A model generated the notes under the pieces. The model saw only the letters and a program-made list of their open reading frames with translations. It ran no database searches and had not been told where the DNA came from. Made by a program: the position numbers and the translations under genes. DNA of 64,000 nucleotides from a bacterium (lineage in GTDB: Bacteria; Moduliflexota; Moduliflexia; Moduliflexales; JAUQPW01): positions 21,211 to 85,210 of the forward strand of contig JAUQPW010000004.1 of NCBI GenBank assembly GCA_030550175.1. Direction: 5' to 3'. This document shows, in pieces, positions 60,721 through 64,000 of the stretch. How positions within the stretch are numbered: the first letter of the stretch is position 1; every line of letters begins with the position of its first letter.

Positions 60721-62706
60721 ATGGTTGAGAAAGAAAAATTCCAATCCCTGTTAGGTGAACAACGAAAATTCTTTCCCCCCAAGGAACTCAGTGAAAAAGC
60801 CTATATCAAAAGCATGGAACAATATGAGCAGATGTATAAACAATCTATCGAGGATCCCGAAGGTTTCTGGAGTAAATGGGCCGAGGAGATTGTTTGGCGT
60901 GAGAAGTGGACCAAGGTCCGTGAATATGATTTTGTAAATGCCCGAATCCAATGGTTCCTGAACGGTAAGCTGAATGTTACCGAGAGCTGTCTCGACCGTC
61001 ATCTCAAGGATAAAGCCGATCAGATTGCCCTTATTTTCGAATCGGATGATGAGCAGAATGACCAAACCTTTACTTACCGGCAGCTTTATGATGAAGTAAA
61101 TAAATTTGCTAATGTTTTGAAGAGTCAGGGAGTCAGAAAGGGGGACCGGGTCTCCATCTACCTGCCTATGATTCCTCAATTGCCCATTGCTTTACTTGCC
61201 TGCGCCCGCATTGGAGCCATTCATAGTGTTGTTTTTGGTGGCTTCTCATCCAGTTCCCTGTCCGATCGTATCGTAGACGCCAGTTGTACTTTTTTGATTA
61301 CCTCCAATGTTTCCATGCGCGGGGGTAAGTTCATCCCCATGAAGCAAAATGCCGACGAAGCCATGGAAGCTGCCAAGAAAAATGGCGTGACGGTAACCCG
61401 GTGTGTGGTGGTGGATCGCCAGGGTAACAAAGAAAATACTCCCATGACCAAAGGTCGTGACCTGTGGTGGGACGAGCTTATGGCCAAAGCCGAGCCTTAT
61501 TGCCCACCCGAGGTTATGGACTCAGAAGATCCTCTCTTTATCCTTTACACCTCAGGTTCCACGGGTAAACCTAAAGGAGTTCTTCATACCCAGGCCGGTT
61601 ATCTCCTTTACGTAAAAAAGACCTTTGAACTCATTTTCGATTATCATCCCGGAGACATCTACTGGTGTACGGCAGATATCGGTTGGGTTACGGGTCATAG
61701 TTATATCGTCTACGGTCCTCTCGCAGCCGGAGCCACAACGACCATGTTCGAGGGTGTGCCGGTTTATCCCAATCCGGATCGTTTCTGGCGTACTGTGGAT
61801 AAATACAAGGTAACCCAGTTTTATACCGCTCCTACGGCCATCCGTACCCTCATGGGTAAGGGGGATCATTGGGTAAACAATTGCGATCTTTCCAGTATCC
61901 GGATTTTGGGAACAGTAGGAGAGCCTATTAACCCAGAAGCCTGGATGTGGTATTACACCGTCGTCGGGAAAAGCCGCTGCCCCGTTGTAGATACCTGGTG
62001 GCAGACGGAAACCGGGGGTATTCTCATCTCTCCATTACCCGGGGCAACACCTCTCAAGCCCGGTTCGGCCACCCGTCCTTTCTTTGGGGTAAAACCGAAG
62101 GTTATCCGCCAGGATGGCTCTGAAGCGGACATCAACGAAGGCGGTTTTCTGGTCATTGAAGAAGCCTGGCCAGGAATCATGCGTACAGTCTATGGTCAGC
62201 ACGAACGATTCAAAGAAACCTACTTCAGCCAGTACCCCGGTCTCTACTTTACAGGGGACGGTGCCCGCAAGGATGAGGACGGTTACTTCTGGTTGATGGG
62301 TCGTGTGGACGATGTTATCAATGTCTCCGGTCATCGGATAGGCACTGCAGAAGTTGAAAGTGCCCTGGTCTCCCATCCATCGGTTACCGAAGCAGCCGTC
62401 GTTGGTTATCCCCATGAAATCAAGGGTCAGGGCATTTATGCCTACGTCACTTTAAAGGATGGATTCCAACCCGGTGAAGATCTAAAGAAGGAATTAATTG
62501 CCCATGTTGCAAAGGAAATAGGCCCTATTGCCAGGCCGGATGTGATTCAATTTACACCGGGTCTTCCTAAAACCCGTTCCGGCAAAATCATGCGCCGGAT
62601 CCTACGCAAAATTGCCCAGGGTGAATTTGAGCAGATAGGAGATACCACCACCCTGGCAGATCCCACCGTGGTAGAGTATATTATCAAGGGCCGTACAAGT
62701 AGTTAA
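60721..62706 (+). CDS. acs: acetyl-CoA synthetase
   Basis: [53 protein letters not shown]. Confidence 0.96.
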   Translation: MVEKEKFQSLLGEQRKFFPPKELSEKAYIKSMEQYEQMYKQSIEDPEGFWSKWAEEIVWREKWTKVREYDFVNARIQWFLNGKLNVTESCLDRHLKDKADQIALIFESDDEQNDQTFTYRQLYDEVNKFANVLKSQGVRKGDRVSIYLPMIPQLPIALLACARIGAIHSVVFGGFSSSSLSDRIVDASCTFLITSNVSMRGGKFIPMKQNADEAMEAAKKNGVTVTRCVVVDRQGNKENTPMTKGRDLWWDELMAKAEPYCPPEVMDSEDPLFILYTSGSTGKPKGVLHTQAGYLLYVKKTFELIFDYHPGDIYWCTADIGWVTGHSYIVYGPLAAGATTTMFEGVPVYPNPDRFWRTVDKYKVTQFYTAPTAIRTLMGKGDHWVNNCDLSSIRILGTVGEPINPEAWMWYYTVVGKSRCPVVDTWWQTETGGILISPLPGATPLKPGSATRPFFGVKPKVIRQDGSEADINEGGFLVIEEAWPGIMRTVYGQHERFKETYFSQYPGLYFTGDGARKDEDGYFWLMGRVDDVINVSGHRIGTAEVESALVSHPSVTEAAVVGYPHEIKGQGIYAYVTLKDGFQPGEDLKKELIAHVAKEIGPIARPDVIQFTPGLPKTRSGKIMRRILRKIAQGEFEQIGDTTTLADPTVVEYIIKGRTSS

Positions 62707-62715
62707 TCTAAAGAA

Positions 62716-62837
62716 ATGGGGTATGGGAGTGTGGGGGTGTGGGGAAGTGGAAGTATGGGGGTGTGGGAGTATGGGAGTATAGGAGACAGAATCCCTACAT
62801 CCCCCCCACTTCCATACTTCCCCACACCCCCACACTC
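62716..62837. repeat. inverted array of ~8-nt tandem repeats (GGGAGTRT / AYACTCCC-like)
   Basis: G-rich octamer run followed by its C-rich complement; a smaller copy lies at ~34172-34220. Confidence 0.75.
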
Positions 62838-62845
62838 TTTAAATA

Positions 62846-63400
62846 ATGCGACATCCTTTCATTGTAACCAGAGAAAATACTGCCTTAGCCATTATCGATG
62901 TGCAGGAACGATTGGCTGCTATCATGAAAGATAAAGATCAGGTAGTTCACAATATAAAATTATTAATCCAGGCGGCCAGGCTGTTTAATATACCGATACT
63001 GGTTACGGAGCAGTATCCCAAAGGATTGGGTCGAACGGTTCCCGAGATCACGGTTGAAATTCCCAAAATCACCCCCATTGAAAAGATGACCTTCAGTTGT
63101 TGTCAGGCCGATGCCTTCAATAAAGAACTGGAAGATCTCAAAGTCGATCAGATTATTTTGACGGGTATGGAGACCCATATTTGTGTCTTACAGACGGCTT
63201 TGGATGCCCTTCAGGATGGGTATCGCGTTCAAGTTGTGGAGGATGCAGTCTGTTCCAGGACCCGGGATCGTTGGGAAACGGGCTTACGCCAGATGGAAAA
63301 AGCAGGAGCTTTAATCACTTGCACCGAGACAGTGATTTTTGAGTTACTGGGTAAGGCAGGAACCGAAGAGTTTAAAACGATGCTCAAAGCGTTAAAATAA
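62846..63400 (+). CDS. isochorismatase family cysteine hydrolase
   Basis: IIDVQERL, TEQYPKGLG, KMTFSC, GMETHICVLQT. Confidence 0.9.
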   Translation: MRHPFIVTRENTALAIIDVQERLAAIMKDKDQVVHNIKLLIQAARLFNIPILVTEQYPKGLGRTVPEITVEIPKITPIEKMTFSCCQADAFNKELEDLKVDQIILTGMETHICVLQTALDALQDGYRVQVVEDAVCSRTRDRWETGLRQMEKAGALITCTETVIFELLGKAGTEEFKTMLKALK

Positions 63401-64000
63401 TGGACTTTTTAAAGCTGGTTGTTGCTACCCAAAATCCTGGCAAGATTCGGGAAATCCGGGAAATTTTGAAAGGGTTAAACTATGTTGTTATCCCCATCTT
63501 CGAGCTTTATCCCGACTTTGAGGTGGAAGAGGACGGTCAAACCTATGCAGAAAATGCCTCTAAAAAAGCGATAGCTGCTGCCAGACTCACGGGACATATG
63601 GCTTTGGCGGATGATTCCGGATTGGAAGTCAAGGCTTTAGGAGGTGCTCCCGGCGTATTTTCAGCCAGATTCGGTGGAAAATCCCTTCCTCAATCAGAAA
63701 AGAATCGTCTTATCCTCGAGTCTCTCAAAGGAGTTTCCGATCGATCAGCTCGATTCGTCTGTGTAGTTGCCGTTGCCACCCCTGGAGGTCAGGTTAAAAC
63801 GGCGGAAGGAATCTGTAAAGGGAGTATTGGGTTTAAAGAGCAGGGAAGCGGTGGATTTGGCTATGACCCCATTTTTATCGTAGAAGGCTATCAAAAAACC
63901 ATGGCCGAGCTGGAGCCGGAGGTTAAAAATAAGATCAGCCATCGGGCCAGGGCTTTAAGGAAGATCCGGGAGATTTTATCCTCTTTGCAGGATACCTTCT
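63400..64000 (+). CDS. rdgB: dITP/XTP pyrophosphatase, 3' end runs off the window (missing from the ORF track)
   Basis: Manual translation from ATG 63400: ATQNPGKIRE, ENA.KK, ADDSGLEV, GVFSAR, GFGYDPIF, KNKISHR. Confidence 0.93.
   Translation, partial: MDFLKLVVATQNPGKIREIREILKGLNYVVIPIFELYPDFEVEEDGQTYAENASKKAIAAARLTGHMALADDSGLEVKALGGAPGVFSARFGGKSLPQSEKNRLILESLKGVSDRSARFVCVVAVATPGGQVKTAEGICKGSIGFKEQGSGGFGYDPIFIVEGYQKTMAELEPEVKNKISHRARALRKIREILSSLQDTF

Overview
Bacterial chromosomal window from a diderm (lpxB present). Most of it is housekeeping and metabolic genes (uvrB, recO, glyQ, acs, acpS, otsAB, a livKHMGF-type transporter, larA, rdgB), with many palindromic or MITE-like intergenic repeats. 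I found no rRNA, tRNA, CRISPR array or transposase. The top candidate system is a four-gene ubiquitination-like operon (Ubl ending in Gly, E2-like, JAB peptidase, E1-like; 59555->57206, minus strand) with its own sigma70-type promoter, sitting between recO and glyQ; its putative catalytic residues are an unusual mix. Other highlights: (1) a PrdB/GrdB-family selenoprotein that the ORF track splits at an in-frame UGA followed by a SECIS-like hairpin; (2) a membrane-anchored NB-ARC/WD40 STAND protein; (3) a cNMP-binding protein fused to apparently inactive ParA-like and patatin domains; (4) a PQQ dehydrogenase with a lanthanide-type DxD motif; (5) several genes that look leaderless. All family calls come from motif recognition by eye; no database search was run.
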